A model generated the notes under the pieces. That model was not told where the DNA came from, made no database searches, and worked only from the letters and a program-made list of their open reading frames with translations. From an uncultured Ruminiclostridium sp. (GTDB taxonomy: Bacteria > Bacillota > Clostridia > Oscillospirales > Ruminococcaceae), in NCBI GenBank assembly GCA_947623915.1, contig CANQIB010000007.1, positions 4,583-68,582 on the forward strand: a stretch of 64,000 nt of DNA, in the 5' to 3' direction. Numbering within the stretch: position 1 is the stretch's first letter; every line of letters begins with the position of its first letter. This document shows, piece by piece, positions 27,285 to 38,992 of the stretch. The translations under genes and the position numbers were made by a program.

Positions 27285-27698
27285 TTATCGGTCGTTACCT
27301 TTCATTATCTCGGCGAAAGCCTTTATCACCGATCTTCTTGTTATTATACCGCACAGGCAGCCGCGCGCGTCCACTATAGGCACAAAGTTTTGCTTCAGTA
27401 CCGCGTCCAACACCTGCTGCTCGTCCGCGTCTATTTTCAGCGGCGGACAAAAATCCCTGCGGAACAGATCACCCACGCGATAGTTTTCGTGGTCTTTAAG
27501 GTCCGTGCTGCCGATATTCATTATATGCCGCAGAAAATCGCCCTCGGTTATACAGCCCAGATACCGTTCCTCGGAATCGAGTACCGGCACCGCCGTATAG
27601 CCGTGTCCTTTCAGCTTTTCTATACCCTGACGCACGCTGTCATCTTCATGAATATGCGCGGTCAGTATTTTCGGTGTCATTATTTTAGCTAAGTTCAC
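27285..27698 (-). CDS. Stand-alone CBS-pair protein (DarB/CbpB-like)
   Basis: YTAVPVLD..YLGCITEGD and FVPIVD..LCGIITRR; GTG start 27698 behind GGAGGG. Confidence 0.8.
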   Translation of the reverse strand: MNLAKIMTPKILTAHIHEDDSVRQGIEKLKGHGYTAVPVLDSEERYLGCITEGDFLRHIMNIGSTDLKDHENYRVGDLFRRDFCPPLKIDADEQQVLDAVLKQNFVPIVDARGCLCGIITRRSVIKAFAEIMKGNDR

Positions 27699-27799
27699 GG
27701 TTCCCTCCGTTCTGCGGAATTTCGCCCGAAACATCATGTCGAGCCGTGACATCCCGCACATTACCGAATGATAAGTGCGAGACCCGCACAAAAAGGTAC

Positions 27800-27824
27800 A
27801 AAAGCCGCACGGAAGTGCGGCTTT
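27800..27824 (-). terminator. Terminator of the ribosomal superoperon
   Basis: AAAGCCGCAC-GGAA-GTGCGGCTTT immediately after the rplQ stop. Confidence 0.8.
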
Positions 27825-27833
27825 CAGAAGTTA

Positions 27834-28175
27834 TCACACCAGCTCTATTACAGCCATCTCGGCCGCGTCGCCTCTTCTGGGACCTATCTTGACAATACGC
27901 GTATATCCGCCGTTGGTGTCGGCATATTTGGGCGCTATCTCGTCAAATACCTTCTTAGCGACCTCTTCCTTGGTGATATAAGCAAGCACCTGACGCTTTG
28001 TATGCAGCGTGCCGGCCTTGCCGAGAGTTATCATTTTCTCGGCGGCGCAGCGAACCTCTTTGGCTCTGCTCACGGTGGTGATTATCTTGCCCTTTTCGAG
28101 CAGCAGAGTAACCATACCCCTAAGCATAGCCTTTCTGTGGTCGCTGGTCCTGCCCAGTTTTCTTGAACCTGCCAT
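27834..28175 (-). CDS. rplQ: 50S ribosomal protein L17
   Basis: [15 protein letters not shown]...GGYTRI; position after rpoA. Confidence 0.97.
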   Translation of the reverse strand: MAGSRKLGRTSDHRKAMLRGMVTLLLEKGKIITTVSRAKEVRCAAEKMITLGKAGTLHTKRQVLAYITKEEVAKKVFDEIAPKYADTNGGYTRIVKIGPRRGDAAEMAVIELV

Positions 28176-28236
28176 ATTAGTAATATGCTCCCGTTAGGAA
28201 GCACTCCTCCTTTCGGATAAATTCAAAGTCGGACCG

Positions 28237-29196
28237 TTAGTTGGTCTCCTCGTCGCTCGCCAGGTCAAAGCCCAAAGACTGGAGCTTGCTCCTGACTTCC
28301 TCGAACGATTTCTTGCCTAAGTTTCTGACCTTCATCATATCGCTCTGGGACATACTGATAAGATCGTCCACCGTGTTGATGTTGGCGCGCTTCAGACAGT
28401 TAAAGGAACGAACGGACAGATCGAGATCGTCAATGGTCATCTCAAGCAGCTTATCCTTACCTGTTTCGCTCTTGTCGGTCATAAGCTCGGGCTGTATCGT
28501 TTCGTCCGAAAGCTCCACGAACAACTGAAGATGGTCGGTAAGCATCTTGGCTGCGTAGGACACCGCTTCCTTTGCGGAAATAGTGCCGTCTGTCCATACC
28601 TCCAATAAGAGCTTGTCGTAATCGGTCCGCTGACCGACACGCGTATTTTCCACGGTGTAGTTTACCTTTAATACCGGTGTGTAAATGCTGTCAACAGCAA
28701 TTATGCCGATTATCGGCTGAAGCAGCTGTTTGTTCTTCTCGGCAGACACATATCCTCTGCCCCTGTCAAGAGTTATCTCCATATAGAGCTTTGCTCCCGG
28801 TCCGAGAGTGGCTATGTGCATTCCGGGGTCAAGTATCTCTATCTCGCTGTCGGTCTTTATATCACCGGCAGTTACGACACACTCGCCTTCAGCTTCGATA
28901 TAAACTGTTTTCGGGCATTCGCCATACATCTTTGCAATAAGACCCTTGATATTGAGAACTATCTCCGTAACGTCTTCTTTAACGCCGGGAATAGTGGAGA
29001 ATTCATGCTGTACCCCGTCTATCTTGACCGAGGTCACCGCAACTCCGGGAAGTGAGGAGAGCAGCACACGGCGCAGGCTGTTGCCCAGCGTGTTGCCGTA
29101 TCCGGCTTCCAGCGGCTCAAGCGTGAACATTCCGTATGTCCCGTCGGGTTTGAGCTTAACGGTATCTATTACGGGCTTTTCTATTTTTTCAAGCAT
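28237..29196 (-). CDS. rpoA: RNA polymerase alpha subunit
   Basis: [42 protein letters not shown]. Confidence 0.98.
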   Translation of the reverse strand: MLEKIEKPVIDTVKLKPDGTYGMFTLEPLEAGYGNTLGNSLRRVLLSSLPGVAVTSVKIDGVQHEFSTIPGVKEDVTEIVLNIKGLIAKMYGECPKTVYIEAEGECVVTAGDIKTDSEIEILDPGMHIATLGPGAKLYMEITLDRGRGYVSAEKNKQLLQPIIGIIAVDSIYTPVLKVNYTVENTRVGQRTDYDKLLLEVWTDGTISAKEAVSYAAKMLTDHLQLFVELSDETIQPELMTDKSETGKDKLLEMTIDDLDLSVRSFNCLKRANINTVDDLISMSQSDMMKVRNLGKKSFEEVRSKLQSLGFDLASDEETN

Positions 29197-29282
29197 TTGG
29201 TTTACCCTCCCACAAGTTTTTTGTTGTTGATTCGGGTTTTACCCGACCTAAACGGGCTGTTATACTTAATCGTAAAACGCCC

Positions 29283-29389
29283 AGTTAATTTTAAATTACG
29301 CTTATCCGACCGTTCGGCAAAGCGGCGTACCGCTTCGCTCATTCGGTCTCACGCGGTAAACGGCGCGCAATCGTAAATTAAAAATAACT
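29283..29389. repeat. 107-bp element with 18-bp imperfect inverted ends in the rpsD-rpoA spacer
   Basis: AGTTAATTTTAAATTACG ... CGTAAATTAAAAATAACT (16/18 match) enclosing GC-rich hairpins. Confidence 0.6.
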
Positions 29390-29427
29390 GATACATACCG
29401 AACAACGGTATGAAAAGAGTATGTCTG

Positions 29428-30024
29428 TTATTTGGAGTACAACTCGATTATGAGGTGTTCCGCTATCTCATAGTCGATCTCATCACGCTGAGAATCGCGC
29501 AGTACCTTTGCCGACATTGCCTCTTTGTCCACGTCCAGCCATAAGGGGATAAGTCTTCCGTTAGTCTGTTCAACAATCTGTGCAAACTTGGGGCTCTTCT
29601 TGCTTTTTTCGCTGACTGCAATAACATCGCCGGGCTTTACTTTGTAGGAGGGAACGTCTACCCTCTTGCCGTTTACGGTAAAATGACCATGCGTTACCAA
29701 CTGTCTGGATTCGCGTCTGGTGATAGCCATGCCCATTCTGAACACTACGTTGTCAAGTCTGGATTCGAGCAGCTTCAAAAGGTTCTCTCCCGAATTGCCC
29801 TCCATCTTTACGGCCTTCTCATAGTAATGATAGAACTGCTTTTCCAGCACGCCGTAAATAAATTTCAGCTTCTGCTTTTCCTTGAGCTGCATACCGTAAT
29901 CCGACACCTTTTTCCTGTTGTTGGCGTTCGCGTGACGGTTAGTTTCTTTACTGTATCCCAATACCATGGGGGAAATTCCCAAAGCCTTGCATCTTTTCAA
30001 GACCGGTTCTCTGCTTACTGCCAT
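29428..30024 (-). CDS. rpsD: 30S ribosomal protein S4
   Basis: LKEKQKLK, LESRLDNVVFRMG, RQLVTHGH. Confidence 0.97.
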   Translation of the reverse strand: MAVSREPVLKRCKALGISPMVLGYSKETNRHANANNRKKVSDYGMQLKEKQKLKFIYGVLEKQFYHYYEKAVKMEGNSGENLLKLLESRLDNVVFRMGMAITRRESRQLVTHGHFTVNGKRVDVPSYKVKPGDVIAVSEKSKKSPKFAQIVEQTNGRLIPLWLDVDKEAMSAKVLRDSQRDEIDYEIAEHLIIELYSK

Positions 30025-30108
30025 TTGTCAGTACCTCCGTTTATTGATAAAATATCGTTTTCCGTACAGGAATATCCTGTAACACGACTCCGAGCTAACG
30101 TACTCGGA

Positions 30109-30513
30109 TCATACACGTCTGCGCTTGGGCGGACGGCATCCGTTGTGAGGGATAGGGGTAACGTCCTTGATGAGCTTTACCTCAAGTCCCGCTGCCTGCA
30201 ATGCGCGTATAGCGGCCTCGCGTCCCATTCCGGGTCCCTTCACAAAAACTTCTACGGTTTTAAGACCGTGTTCCATAGCTGCCTTTGCAGCCGTTTCAGC
30301 CGCGCTCTGCGCAGCAAAAGGAGTGGATTTTCTGGATCCTCTGAATCCCAGCTCTCCCGCCGATGCCCACGATAAAGTGTTGCCCTGATTATCGGTTATG
30401 GTAACTATCGTGTTGTTGAAGCTCGACTGGATATGAGCCGCGCCGTTCTCTATATTCTTGCGCTCACGGCGTCTGCGGATAACCGGCTTCTTAGAGCCTG
30501 TTGCCTTTGCCAT
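30109..30513 (-). CDS. rpsK: 30S ribosomal protein S11
   Basis: [37 protein letters not shown]. Confidence 0.98.
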   Translation of the reverse strand: MAKATGSKKPVIRRRRERKNIENGAAHIQSSFNNTIVTITDNQGNTLSWASAGELGFRGSRKSTPFAAQSAAETAAKAAMEHGLKTVEVFVKGPGMGREAAIRALQAAGLEVKLIKDVTPIPHNGCRPPKRRRV

Positions 30514-30540
30514 TTATTTACCACCTTTCATGAAGTAAGT

Positions 30541-30912
30541 TTATTTCTTCTTGTTAGCGATGGTCTTTTTAGGACCTTTTCTTGTTCTTGCGTTGGTCTT
30601 GGTACGCTGTCCGCGAACCGGCAGACCTTTGCGGTGACGTGTTCCTCTGTAGCAGTTGATCTCGACGAGGCGCTTGATGTTGAGCGCGACTTCTCTTCTC
30701 AGATCACCCTCTACCATAACGCCGAGCTTGTCGATGGCGTCACGGATCCTGCTCTCTTCTTCACCGGTAAGATCCTTTACTCTTGTATCGGGATCAACAC
30801 CCGCCGCAGCCAGAATATCGTTTGATGTTTTTCTGCCGATACCGTAAACGTAGGTCAGACCTATCTCGATACGCTTTTCTCTCGGCAGATCAATGCCGGC
30901 AATTCTTGCCAT
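30541..30912 (-). CDS. rpsM: 30S ribosomal protein S13
   Basis: [36 protein letters not shown]. Confidence 0.98.
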   Translation of the reverse strand: MARIAGIDLPREKRIEIGLTYVYGIGRKTSNDILAAAGVDPDTRVKDLTGEEESRIRDAIDKLGVMVEGDLRREVALNIKRLVEINCYRGTRHRKGLPVRGQRTKTNARTRKGPKKTIANKKK

Positions 30913-30940
30913 ATCATTTTCCTCCTGTTGTTATACGGGC

Positions 30941-31054
30941 TTAGCCCTGTCTTTGCTTGTGCTTAGGCTCCTGGCAAATAACCATTACCTTGCCCTTGCG
31001 CTTGATAACCTTGCACTTATCGCACATAGGCTTTACCGAAGGTCTTACTTTCAT
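30941..31054 (-). CDS. rpmJ: 50S ribosomal protein L36 (zinc-binding form); [37 protein letters not shown]
   Basis: Translated manually (below the ORF-track cutoff); canonical sequence and position. Confidence 0.97.
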   Translation of the reverse strand: MKVRPSVKPMCDKCKVIKRKGKVMVICQEPKHKQRQG

Positions 31055-31157
31055 CTCTTCTTTCGTGCCCCTGCCGGAAGCACTTCTCCTTTCGCATATT
31101 TTCGCTTATCCGTCCGACATTGCCGAACGGCCGCGATGCCTCGCGTTTTGCCTGTAA

Positions 31158-31376
31158 TTACTTGGCTCTCCAGGTAATTCTTCCCTTTGTAAGATCGTAA
31201 GGCGACATTTCAACGGTAACCTTGTCACCGGGCAGTATGCGGATAAAATTCATCCTCAGCTTACCGCTGACGTGAGCTAAAATCTTATGTCCGTTTTCCA
31301 ACTCGACCTGAAACGTCGCGTTGGGCAGCGCCTCAAGTATCTTACCGTTTACTTCGATTACGTCCTCTTTAGACAA
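31158..31376 (-). CDS. infA: Translation initiation factor IF-1
   Basis: [33 protein letters not shown]; TTG start 31376 behind GGAGG. Confidence 0.97.
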   Translation of the reverse strand: MSKEDVIEVNGKILEALPNATFQVELENGHKILAHVSGKLRMNFIRILPGDKVTVEMSPYDLTKGRITWRAK

Positions 31377-31378
31377 GT

Positions 31379-31648
31379 TCAATCACCCTCCTCGGTGTTC
31401 TTACTAAGTCCGAAGCCCCTAAGAGCCGTTCTTAACTTTTTGTCGGTAATATCCGCCATATCCAGCACCGCAGCGGTTTTGCTGAGGTGCAGCGGATTTT
31501 TCTTCTTGGGAGAAGCCAGCTTGTGCGTCTTGCCGTCGGCAATATACGCAAACCCGTTTTCTTCCTTTACAACGGCGTACCAGCCTCCGCTGTCGCGTCC
31601 CGCCGTGCTTTTTACCACCATTCCTACTGCCATTGCCTCACGGTACAT
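31379..31648 (-). CDS. KOW-domain RNA-binding protein (L14e-like)
   Basis: [29 protein letters not shown]; typical position between map and infA. Confidence 0.88.
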   Translation of the reverse strand: MYREAMAVGMVVKSTAGRDSGGWYAVVKEENGFAYIADGKTHKLASPKKKNPLHLSKTAAVLDMADITDKKLRTALRGFGLSKNTEEGD

Positions 31649-31659
31649 ATCTGCCTCCG

Positions 31660-32427
31660 TTATTTCGGGTGATGCAGCGAGCTTTTGGTGAGTATAAGCG
31701 GCTCGCCGTCGGTTATCGCAACGGTATGCTCGTAATGCGCCGACAGATTGCCGTTTCCTTCAACGACCGTCCATCTGTCCGGCATTATCCGCACCTGAGC
31801 GCAGCTTTGATTTACCATCGGTTCAATACATATCGTCATTCCGGGTACCAGCCTCGGACCTCTGCCGGGCTTGCCGAAATTCGGAACGTCCGGCGCTTCG
31901 TGCATTTCATGCCCTATGCCGTGACCGATAAACTTTTCGACAATGAAGTACCCTCTCGATTCGCAGTAGGTCTGCACCGCGTTGGAAATATCGCCTATCC
32001 TGTTGCCTGCCACCGCCATTTTAATGCCCTCGTAAAGAGCTTCCTCGGTGGTTTGCAGCAGTCTTTGCGCCTCCTCGGACACCTCGCCTACCTTGAAGGT
32101 ATACGCGTTGTCGCCGTTGTAACCGTCTATTTCGGCGGTAACGTCCACGGAAACTATATCTCCCTCGCGGATAATTTTCTTCTTGGAGGGGATACCGTGT
32201 ATAAGCTCCGAATTGACCGATATACAAGCGCTTGCGGGAAACCCGCCGTAACCGAGTGATGACGGTCTTGCGCCTTTGGAAACGATATAGTCGTGTATGA
32301 CCTTATCCAGCTCCCAAGTGCTCATACCGGGGCGGAGCGCCTTTTCGGCGGCGACAAGCGCGCCGGCGGCTATCTCGCACGCCCTTTTCATCACTTCTAT
32401 CTCTTTTGCAGATTTGACCGAGATCAT
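31660..32427 (-). CDS. map: Methionine aminopeptidase type I
   Basis: [37 protein letters not shown]. Confidence 0.97.
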   Translation of the reverse strand: MISVKSAKEIEVMKRACEIAAGALVAAEKALRPGMSTWELDKVIHDYIVSKGARPSSLGYGGFPASACISVNSELIHGIPSKKKIIREGDIVSVDVTAEIDGYNGDNAYTFKVGEVSEEAQRLLQTTEEALYEGIKMAVAGNRIGDISNAVQTYCESRGYFIVEKFIGHGIGHEMHEAPDVPNFGKPGRGPRLVPGMTICIEPMVNQSCAQVRIMPDRWTVVEGNGNLSAHYEHTVAITDGEPLILTKSSLHHPK

Positions 32428-33062
32428 ATTCTCGCGGTTACCGCCGCCATGGTGAGCTTGGCGGTATCGGCTATCTCCTCTTGACCCTCTACCGAGATCA
32501 GCTTGTGCTTTTTGCAGTAGTAATCCTTCAGCGGCTCGGTCTTTTCACGGTAGGTCTGGAGTCTTGACAGCACCGTTTCGGGCTTGTCGTCGACGCGCTG
32601 TACCAGATTTCCGCCGCACTTATCGCATTTGCCCTCTTCTGCCGGAGGATTGTACTGAATGTGATACGAAGAGCCGCAGCCCTCGCATACGCGTCTGCCG
32701 GACATTCTCTTTATTATCTTCTCGTCGGGTACGCGTATCTCGACTACTCTGTCGATGACCACGCCCATCTGTTCGAGCGCCTCGGCCTGAGCGACCGTTC
32801 TCGGAAAACCGTCAAGAATGAAACCGTTCTTTGCATCGTCCTGCGCGATCCGCTCCTTGAGTATGCCGATAACGGCTTCGTCGGGGACGAGATCGCCTCT
32901 GTCCATGTATTCTTTTGCCGCAAGCCCCGCGGGTGTTCCCTGCTTTACAGCCTCTCTGAGCATATTGCCGGTGGAGATAGCCGGTATACCCAGCTTCTCA
33001 CACACTATTTCGGCCTGCGTACCCTTGCCTGCGCCCGGAGCGCCTAAGAAAATCAGATTCAT
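32424..33062 (-). CDS. adk: Adenylate kinase (zinc lid)
   Basis: [28 protein letters not shown] lid. Confidence 0.97.
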   Translation of the reverse strand: MNLIFLGAPGAGKGTQAEIVCEKLGIPAISTGNMLREAVKQGTPAGLAAKEYMDRGDLVPDEAVIGILKERIAQDDAKNGFILDGFPRTVAQAEALEQMGVVIDRVVEIRVPDEKIIKRMSGRRVCEGCGSSYHIQYNPPAEEGKCDKCGGNLVQRVDDKPETVLSRLQTYREKTEPLKDYYCKKHKLISVEGQEEIADTAKLTMAAVTARI

Positions 33063-33088
33063 AACAAGTTCCTTTCTCCGAAAAACTC

Positions 33089-34378
33089 TTATTCAAGGAA
33101 GCCCTTGTGATGACGCATCATCATCTGGCTTTCAAGTGCACGAACCGTTTCAAGAGCAACACCGACAACTATCAGGATAGTAGTACCGCCGAGCGAAAGT
33201 CCCGTCAAACCTGTAAGGTTCTGGAATATTATCGGGAATACCGCGATGATACCCAGGAATATCGCTCCGACCAGCGTTACCTTTGAAAGTGAATTATGGA
33301 TAAAGTCCGATGTGGGCTTGCCCGGACGGTATCCGGGTATAGCGCCGTTGTTCTTCTTCAGATCGTTCGCTATCTGCACCGGATTGTACTGCATCGCGAT
33401 ATAGAAGTAGTTAAATCCGATGATAAGGAAGAAGTAGATTATCGCGTACCATACGCTGTTCTGGCTGAAAAATCTCATCACGCCGCCCCAGAATCCTTCG
33501 CTCTGAGCGGTGACTCCGAAGAACCAGCCTATCGTCGAGGGCAGCGACATAATGGACATTGCGAATATGATAGGCATAACGCCCGCCATAGCTACCTTTA
33601 TCGGGATATGCGTGCCCTGTCCGCCGTACATCTTCCTGCCTACGACTCTCTTAGCATACTGTACAGGTATACGTCTTTCCGCATTTGTCATAAGGATAAC
33701 GAATGCGACCATCAAAACATAGATAACAAGTATCAGCGGAACGAATACCCAGTTCTGCGGCTGGAGCTGTATCTGATTTATCAGATTGTACACCATGCTG
33801 GGCACTCTTGAGATAATGCCCGCAAACAGTATCATGGAAATACCGTTGCCTATGCCTCTGCGGCTTATCTGGTCGCCGAGCCATATTATGAGCGATGCTC
33901 CGGCTACGAAGCAGGCGATTATCGTTACCGCCGCTACCACGCCGTCAAAGCCCTCGGTATAATGTACCGCTTTTTGATTGCGAAGTCCGATATAGAATGC
34001 GATAGACTGGAACAGCGCGATGCCCAGCGATACCAGCTTGGTTATCATGGTTATCTTTTTGCGTCCCTCTTCGCCCTCTTTACGCAGCCTCTCCAGAGCG
34101 GGTATCGCCACCGCAAGAAGCTGCATGATGATCGACGCGTTGATGTACGGGGTTATCGACATTGCGAACAGCGTACCGTTGCTCATCGCACCGCCCGTCA
34201 TAACATCGAGGTAGTTCAGTATCGTTCCCTCTCCCATCATGCCTTTGATGGCGTCGGGGTCAAGGAAAGGTACGAACACCTGTGAACCCAAACGGAAAAT
34301 TACGACGATCAGCAATGTGAACAGCAGCTTTTTACGAAGTGCGGGGTCTGCCCACGCATTTCTGAAAACCTGAAACAT
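33089..34378 (-). CDS. secY: Preprotein translocase SecY
   Basis: [43 protein letters not shown]. Confidence 0.98.
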   Translation of the reverse strand: MFQVFRNAWADPALRKKLLFTLLIVVIFRLGSQVFVPFLDPDAIKGMMGEGTILNYLDVMTGGAMSNGTLFAMSITPYINASIIMQLLAVAIPALERLRKEGEEGRKKITMITKLVSLGIALFQSIAFYIGLRNQKAVHYTEGFDGVVAAVTIIACFVAGASLIIWLGDQISRRGIGNGISMILFAGIISRVPSMVYNLINQIQLQPQNWVFVPLILVIYVLMVAFVILMTNAERRIPVQYAKRVVGRKMYGGQGTHIPIKVAMAGVMPIIFAMSIMSLPSTIGWFFGVTAQSEGFWGGVMRFFSQNSVWYAIIYFFLIIGFNYFYIAMQYNPVQIANDLKKNNGAIPGYRPGKPTSDFIHNSLSKVTLVGAIFLGIIAVFPIIFQNLTGLTGLSLGGTTILIVVGVALETVRALESQMMMRHHKGFLE

Positions 34379-34821
34379 TACAGCACCTCAATCTTTCCGC
34401 CTGCGCTCTCGATCTTAGCCTTAGCAGAATCGGAAAACTTTGCCGCCTTTACTGTAAAACTCTTGGTAAGCTCTCCTCTGCCGAGGACCTTAACGCCGTC
34501 GAGCAGCTTGGTCACAAGTCCGGCGTTCATAAGCGCCTCGGTATCTATGACTGCGCCGCTTTCAAAGCGTGCCTCCAGATCGGATACGTTTACTATCGTA
34601 TATTCCGTAGCAAAAATGTTGTTAAAGCCTCTCTTAGGCATACGTCTTGCCAGAGAAGTCTGACCGCCTTCAAATCCGGGTCTTACTCCGCCGCCGGATC
34701 TTGCCCACTGACCCTTGTGTCCTTTGCCGGCTGTCTTGCCGTGACCGGAGCCGTGGCCGCGGCCTATACGCTTAACTTCTTTAGTTGCGCCTGCTGCGGG
34801 TGATAATTCGTGTAGCTTCAA
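34378..34821 (-). CDS. rplO: 50S ribosomal protein L15
   Basis: [27 protein letters not shown]. Confidence 0.98.
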   Translation of the reverse strand: MKLHELSPAAGATKEVKRIGRGHGSGHGKTAGKGHKGQWARSGGGVRPGFEGGQTSLARRMPKRGFNNIFATEYTIVNVSDLEARFESGAVIDTEALMNAGLVTKLLDGVKVLGRGELTKSFTVKAAKFSDSAKAKIESAGGKIEVL

Positions 34822-34877
34822 TCGTTACACCTCCTGTTTTGTTAATATACAAAATTACTTTATCAAGGTGTAAGGAA

Positions 34878-35054
34878 TTATTCCTCAGTAACCTCAACTA
34901 AATATGAAATCTCTTTGATCTTGCCTCTTGTAGCGGCGTTGTCCGGCTGGACCGTTTCAGCGCCTATCTTGCGCAGTCCCAGCGACTGAGCGGTCGCTAT
35001 ATGGCTGTCCTTGCGCCCGACAAGAGATTTGACCAGCTTGATCTTTAAAGCCAT
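34878..35054 (-). CDS. rpmD: 50S ribosomal protein L30; MALKIKLVKSLVGRKDSHIATAQSLGLRKIG...VEVTEE (58 aa)
   Basis: Translated manually (below cutoff); canonical position between rpsE and rplO. Confidence 0.95.
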   Translation of the reverse strand: MALKIKLVKSLVGRKDSHIATAQSLGLRKIGAETVQPDNAATRGKIKEISYLVEVTEE

Positions 35055-35082
35055 GTCGGTTTTGTCCTTTCTGAAATTAGTT

Positions 35083-35583
35083 TCAGCCGAGAATTTCCTT
35101 GACGGTCTTTCCTCTTATGGCTGCTACTTCTTCCGCATCTCTGAGCGATGTGAGTCCCGCCATGGTGGCTCTTACCACGTTGCAGGGATTGTTGGAACGA
35201 AGCGACTTGGTACGGATATTCTTGATACCCGCCATCTCAACTACCGCACGCACAGGACCGCCGGCAATAACGCCGGTACCTTCGGGTGCGGGCTTGAGCA
35301 GTACGGTGCCTGCACCAAATCTTCCTGTCACCTCATGAGGTATCGTAGTACCTTTCAAAGATATCTTTACGATGTTCTTCTTAGCGTCCTCAATACCCTT
35401 GCGGATAGCGTCGGGAACTTCGCTTGACTTACCCATGCCGAAGCCTACTATGCCGTTCTGATCGCCTACTACCACCAGAGCGGAAAACTTCATTATACGT
35501 CCGCCCTTAACGGTCTTAGATACGCGATTTATGGCAACCACCTTTTCGGAAAGCTCATATTTGCTTGCATCTAAAAGTGCCAA
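35083..35583 (-). CDS. rpsE: 30S ribosomal protein S5
   Basis: [20 protein letters not shown]. Confidence 0.98.
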   Translation of the reverse strand: MALLDASKYELSEKVVAINRVSKTVKGGRIMKFSALVVVGDQNGIVGFGMGKSSEVPDAIRKGIEDAKKNIVKISLKGTTIPHEVTGRFGAGTVLLKPAPEGTGVIAGGPVRAVVEMAGIKNIRTKSLRSNNPCNVVRATMAGLTSLRDAEEVAAIRGKTVKEILG

Positions 35584-35601
35584 ATCTTTGTCCTCCTATA
35601 C

Positions 35602-35961
35602 TTAAAAGCTGAGTCCGCCTTCGCGGGCGCCGTCTGCCAAAGCAGCTATTCTTCCGTGATATACATAACCCGAACGGTCGAATACCACTTCTTCGATACC
35701 CGCTTTCTTAGCCTTGTCGGCAAGCGCAAGTCCTACCTTCTTAGCGGCGTCAACGTTGCCGCCCGCGCCGTCGAAACCTTTTTCCATGGTCGATGCGCTG
35801 CAAAGGGTAACACCTGCCTCATCGTCGATAAGCTGCGCATATATATGCTTCGCGCTGCGGAATACACTCAGGCGGGGACGAGCCGCGGTACCGCTTATCT
35901 TAGCGCGTACACGCTTGCGGCGTTTGATCCTGCTCTTTTTGCTGTCTATCTGTTTAATCAT
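35602..35961 (-). CDS. rplR: 50S ribosomal protein L18
   Basis: [31 protein letters not shown]. Confidence 0.98.
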   Translation of the reverse strand: MIKQIDSKKSRIKRRKRVRAKISGTAARPRLSVFRSAKHIYAQLIDDEAGVTLCSASTMEKGFDGAGGNVDAAKKVGLALADKAKKAGIEEVVFDRSGYVYHGRIAALADGAREGGLSF

Positions 35962-35981
35962 AATTCATCTACCCCCTTGCC

Positions 35982-36527
35982 TTACTTCTTGCCCTTACCG
36001 GCTTTTCCTTCCTTGCGGCGGATAACTTCATCGACGTACTTGATGCCCTTGCCCTTATAAGGTTCGGGAGGACGCTTGCTCCTTACTTCCGACGCAAACT
36101 GTCCGACCTTCTGCTTGTCGATGCCGGTAATGATTATTTTGTTGGGTGCGGGAGATTCTATCTTGATGTCGTCCGTATCTGAAACGACTACCTGATGCGA
36201 ATAACCGAGGTTCATAACAAGGTCCTTGCCCTGCTTTTGAACACGGTAGCCCACGCCGTTTACCTCAAGCTCCTTGGAATATCCCTCGGTAACGCCCTTT
36301 ACCATGTTGGAAATGAGCGTTCTGGTCAGTCCGTGGAGCGAACGGCTCTCCTTTGTGTCGTCGGGACGCTCTACCGTAATGGAAGCTCCCTCCGTCTTTA
36401 TGGTCATCGAAGGCTTGAACTCTTTGGTCAAAGTCCCCTTCGGACCTTTTACCGTAACTGTTGAACCGTCGATCTTTACATCGACTCCGGCAGGAACAGC
36501 TATCGGCATTTTACCAATTCTTGACAT
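35982..36527 (-). CDS. rplF: 50S ribosomal protein L6
   Basis: [20 protein letters not shown]. Confidence 0.98.
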   Translation of the reverse strand: MSRIGKMPIAVPAGVDVKIDGSTVTVKGPKGTLTKEFKPSMTIKTEGASITVERPDDTKESRSLHGLTRTLISNMVKGVTEGYSKELEVNGVGYRVQKQGKDLVMNLGYSHQVVVSDTDDIKIESPAPNKIIITGIDKQKVGQFASEVRSKRPPEPYKGKGIKYVDEVIRRKEGKAGKGKK

Positions 36528-36543
36528 ATCTGTTCCTCCTTAC

Positions 36544-36942
36544 TCACCAAATGAAAGCCAGCACTTCGCCGCCAACATTGTTCTTGCGTGCCTCTCTGTC
36601 GGTCATTATTCCCTTAGAGGTGGACACGATGGCAATTCCGAGCCCTTTCATTACCTTGGGCATATCCTTGCTGTTTGAATAGATCCTAAGTCCCGGTTTG
36701 CTTACACGGCGTAAACCTGTAATGACCTGCGACTTGTTCTCAGTATACTTTAAAGTGATCCTGATGACGCCCTGCTTGTCATCATCAATTACCTTGAAAT
36801 TCTTAATGTAGCCCTCGTCAAGCAATATCTGCGCGATCTGCTTCTTCATGTTGGAAGCGGGTACGTCAACAGTAGGATGCTTTGCCGAGTTCGCATTACG
36901 AATTCTTGTCAGCATATCTGCGATAGTATCGGTGATCTGCAT
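36544..36942 (-). CDS. rpsH: 30S ribosomal protein S8
   Basis: [35 protein letters not shown]. Confidence 0.98.
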   Translation of the reverse strand: MQITDTIADMLTRIRNANSAKHPTVDVPASNMKKQIAQILLDEGYIKNFKVIDDDKQGVIRITLKYTENKSQVITGLRRVSKPGLRIYSNSKDMPKVMKGLGIAIVSTSKGIMTDREARKNNVGGEVLAFIW

Positions 36943-36973
36943 TACTTACTTCCTCCTTAAAAATATGTGCTTA

Positions 36974-37159
36974 TTACCAGCTTGATTTCTTTACGCCGGG
37001 AATCTGTCCTTTATAAGCAAGCTCTCTAAAGCAAATTCTGCAAATGCCGAACTTACGCATATAGGCGTGCGGTCTTCCGCAAATCTTGCATCTGTTGTAA
37101 GAACGTGTGGAAAACTTTGCAGGACGCTGCTGTTTAGCAATCATTGATTTCTTTGCCAT
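36974..37159 (-). CDS. rpsN: 30S ribosomal protein S14, zinc-binding (type Z) form
   Basis: [17 protein letters not shown], 61 aa. Confidence 0.97.
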   Translation of the reverse strand: MAKKSMIAKQQRPAKFSTRSYNRCKICGRPHAYMRKFGICRICFRELAYKGQIPGVKKSSW

Positions 37160-37178
37160 ATCTGTTTATTTTCCTTTC

Positions 37179-37718
37179 TTACCTTGCGAACGGAGCGCCC
37201 ATGAGCGTGAGCAGCTCTCTTGCTTCTTCATCGGTCTTGGCGGTGGTGATAAAGTTTATATCCATACCGCGGACCTTGTCTATCTTGTCGTACTCGATCT
37301 CGGGGAATATAAGCTGCTCCTTGATACCCGTGGAGTAGTTTCCTCTGCCGTCGAACGAGTTGGGGTTTATACCTCTGAAGTCGCGTACACGTGGCAGCGC
37401 AACATTAAAGAATCTGTCGAGAAATTCATACATCTTCTCATCTCTGAGCGTTACCTTGACGCCGATGATCATGCCCTCTCTGAGCTTGAAGTTTGCGACC
37501 GACTTCTTTGCGCGGCATACTACCGGCTTTTGTCCTGTGATGAGCGAAAGATCGTTCATTATCGCGTCAACTACCTTGGCGTTTTCCTTAGCTTCACCGC
37601 AGCCGACGTTGATAACTATCTTGTCGAGCTTGGGTATCTGCATTACGCTCTTGTAGCCAAACTTCTTAAAAAGAGCGGGAGCAACGTTCTCTTTGTAATA
37701 AGTTTTCATTCTTGTCAT
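37179..37718 (-). CDS. rplE: 50S ribosomal protein L5
   Basis: [23 protein letters not shown]. Confidence 0.98.
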   Translation of the reverse strand: MTRMKTYYKENVAPALFKKFGYKSVMQIPKLDKIVINVGCGEAKENAKVVDAIMNDLSLITGQKPVVCRAKKSVANFKLREGMIIGVKVTLRDEKMYEFLDRFFNVALPRVRDFRGINPNSFDGRGNYSTGIKEQLIFPEIEYDKIDKVRGMDINFITTAKTDEEARELLTLMGAPFAR

Positions 37719-37781
37719 AGTTTATTTCTCCTTACGGAAGCCGGAAGTTCCTTTATCCGACCCCTCCGTCGCAGTATTGTC

Positions 37782-38096
37782 TTACAGCTCCGCTCCGCAG
37801 CGCTTGCAGACTCTTATCTTCTTGTCGCCCTTGACCTCATGACCTACTCTGGTAGGCTTGTTGCACTTTGGGCATACAGGCATTACCTTGCAGGCGTAGA
37901 TGGGAGCCTCGGCGCTCACACGGCCGCCGAATTCGCCCTGACGTCTTGCCTTAACGTGCTTTGTAACAACGTTTCTGCCTTCGATGATTACTTTCTTTTC
38001 CTTGGGGGATACCTCAAGCACCTTGCCCTGCTTGCCCTTGTCCTTGCCGGACATAACCTGAACGGTATCACCTGTTTTAATATGAAGTGTGTTCAT
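37782..38096 (-). CDS. rplX: 50S ribosomal protein L24
   Basis: [19 protein letters not shown]; start moved to ATG 38096. Confidence 0.96.
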   Translation of the reverse strand: MNTLHIKTGDTVQVMSGKDKGKQGKVLEVSPKEKKVIIEGRNVVTKHVKARRQGEFGGRVSAEAPIYACKVMPVCPKCNKPTRVGHEVKGDKKIRVCKRCGAEL

Positions 38097-38109
38097 GTCT
38101 ACCTCCGGA

Positions 38110-38478
38110 TTATAATACTTCGGGAGCAAGTGAAAGGATCTTGATGTAGTCCTTTTCTCTCAGCTCTCTGGCTACAGGTCCGAAAATACGGGTCCCTCTG
38201 GGGTTCTTGTCTTCTCTTATAATTACGGCTGCATTTTCGTCGAAACGAATATATGTGCCGTCGTCACGTCTTAATCCGGTCGTGGAACGGACGATTACGC
38301 ATTTTACGACGTCGCCCTTCTTAACGGTACCGCCGGGGCTGGCTTTCTTTACGGAAGCTACTACCACGTCGCCGATGTTCGCGTACTTTCTGCGCGTGCC
38401 GCCAAGCACTCTTATGCACATAAGCTCTTTAGCACCGGTGTTATCCGCAACCTTCATGCGTGTCTGCATTTGAATCAT
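38110..38478 (-). CDS. rplN: 50S ribosomal protein L14
   Basis: [30 protein letters not shown]. Confidence 0.98.
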   Translation of the reverse strand: MIQMQTRMKVADNTGAKELMCIRVLGGTRRKYANIGDVVVASVKKASPGGTVKKGDVVKCVIVRSTTGLRRDDGTYIRFDENAAVIIREDKNPRGTRIFGPVARELREKDYIKILSLAPEVL

Positions 38479-38518
38479 GGATATTTCTCCTTTACGATAA
38501 AATCAAAGCAACCGCTTC

Positions 38519-38776
38519 TTACTTAGCCTTCTCGATGATATTTACCAAGCGCCATCTCTTGTCCTTTGAAAGAGGACGGGTCTCCATGATCTCCACCTTG
38601 TCGCCGATGTTGCAGGCGTTGTTCTCGTCATGCGCCTTGAACTTGATGGTACGCTTGATTATTTTCTTATAGAGAGGGTGGCGGACATTGTCCTCGATCG
38701 CTACAACGATGGTCTTATCCATCTTGTTGCTTACGACCTTGCCGATTCTGGTCTTTCTCAGGTTTCTCTCACTCAC
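38519..38776 (-). CDS. rpsQ: 30S ribosomal protein S17
   Basis: [27 protein letters not shown]. Confidence 0.98.
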   Translation of the reverse strand: MSERNLRKTRIGKVVSNKMDKTIVVAIEDNVRHPLYKKIIKRTIKFKAHDENNACNIGDKVEIMETRPLSKDKRWRLVNIIEKAK

Positions 38777-38779
38777 AGC

Positions 38780-38992
38780 TTAATTCTCCTCTCTTCTCGT
38801 TGCGGCGATCTCCCGCTCGCGCTGAACGGTCTTGCACACCGCTATCTCTTTTCTTACCGCCTTTATCCTCATAGGATTTTCAAGCTGATTTACGGCAAGC
38901 TGAAAACGGAGGTTGAATAATTCCTGCTTGAGCTCTGCCAGCTTCTTTTCGAGCTCTATTTCGTTAAGTTCCTTTATCTCTTTGGCTTTCAT
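38780..38992 (-). CDS. rpmC: 50S ribosomal protein L29
   Basis: [17 protein letters not shown]; start moved to ATG 38992. Confidence 0.96.
   Translation of the reverse strand: MKAKEIKELNEIELEKKLAELKQELFNLRFQLAVNQLENPMRIKAVRKEIAVCKTVQREREIAATRREEN

Noticed and set aside
27699-27800. c-di-AMP (ydaO) riboswitch expected upstream of ktrAB
   Set aside because: No GCTGAA/GGGGGA-type consensus elements found
30025-30108. Two hairpins upstream of rpsD as an S4 autoregulatory leader
   Set aside because: Plausible, but I cannot match it to a consensus by eye
31061-31157. infA-rpmJ spacer shares CGCTTATCCG with the element at 29299
   Set aside because: Only a 10-nt match with no shared termini; could be chance
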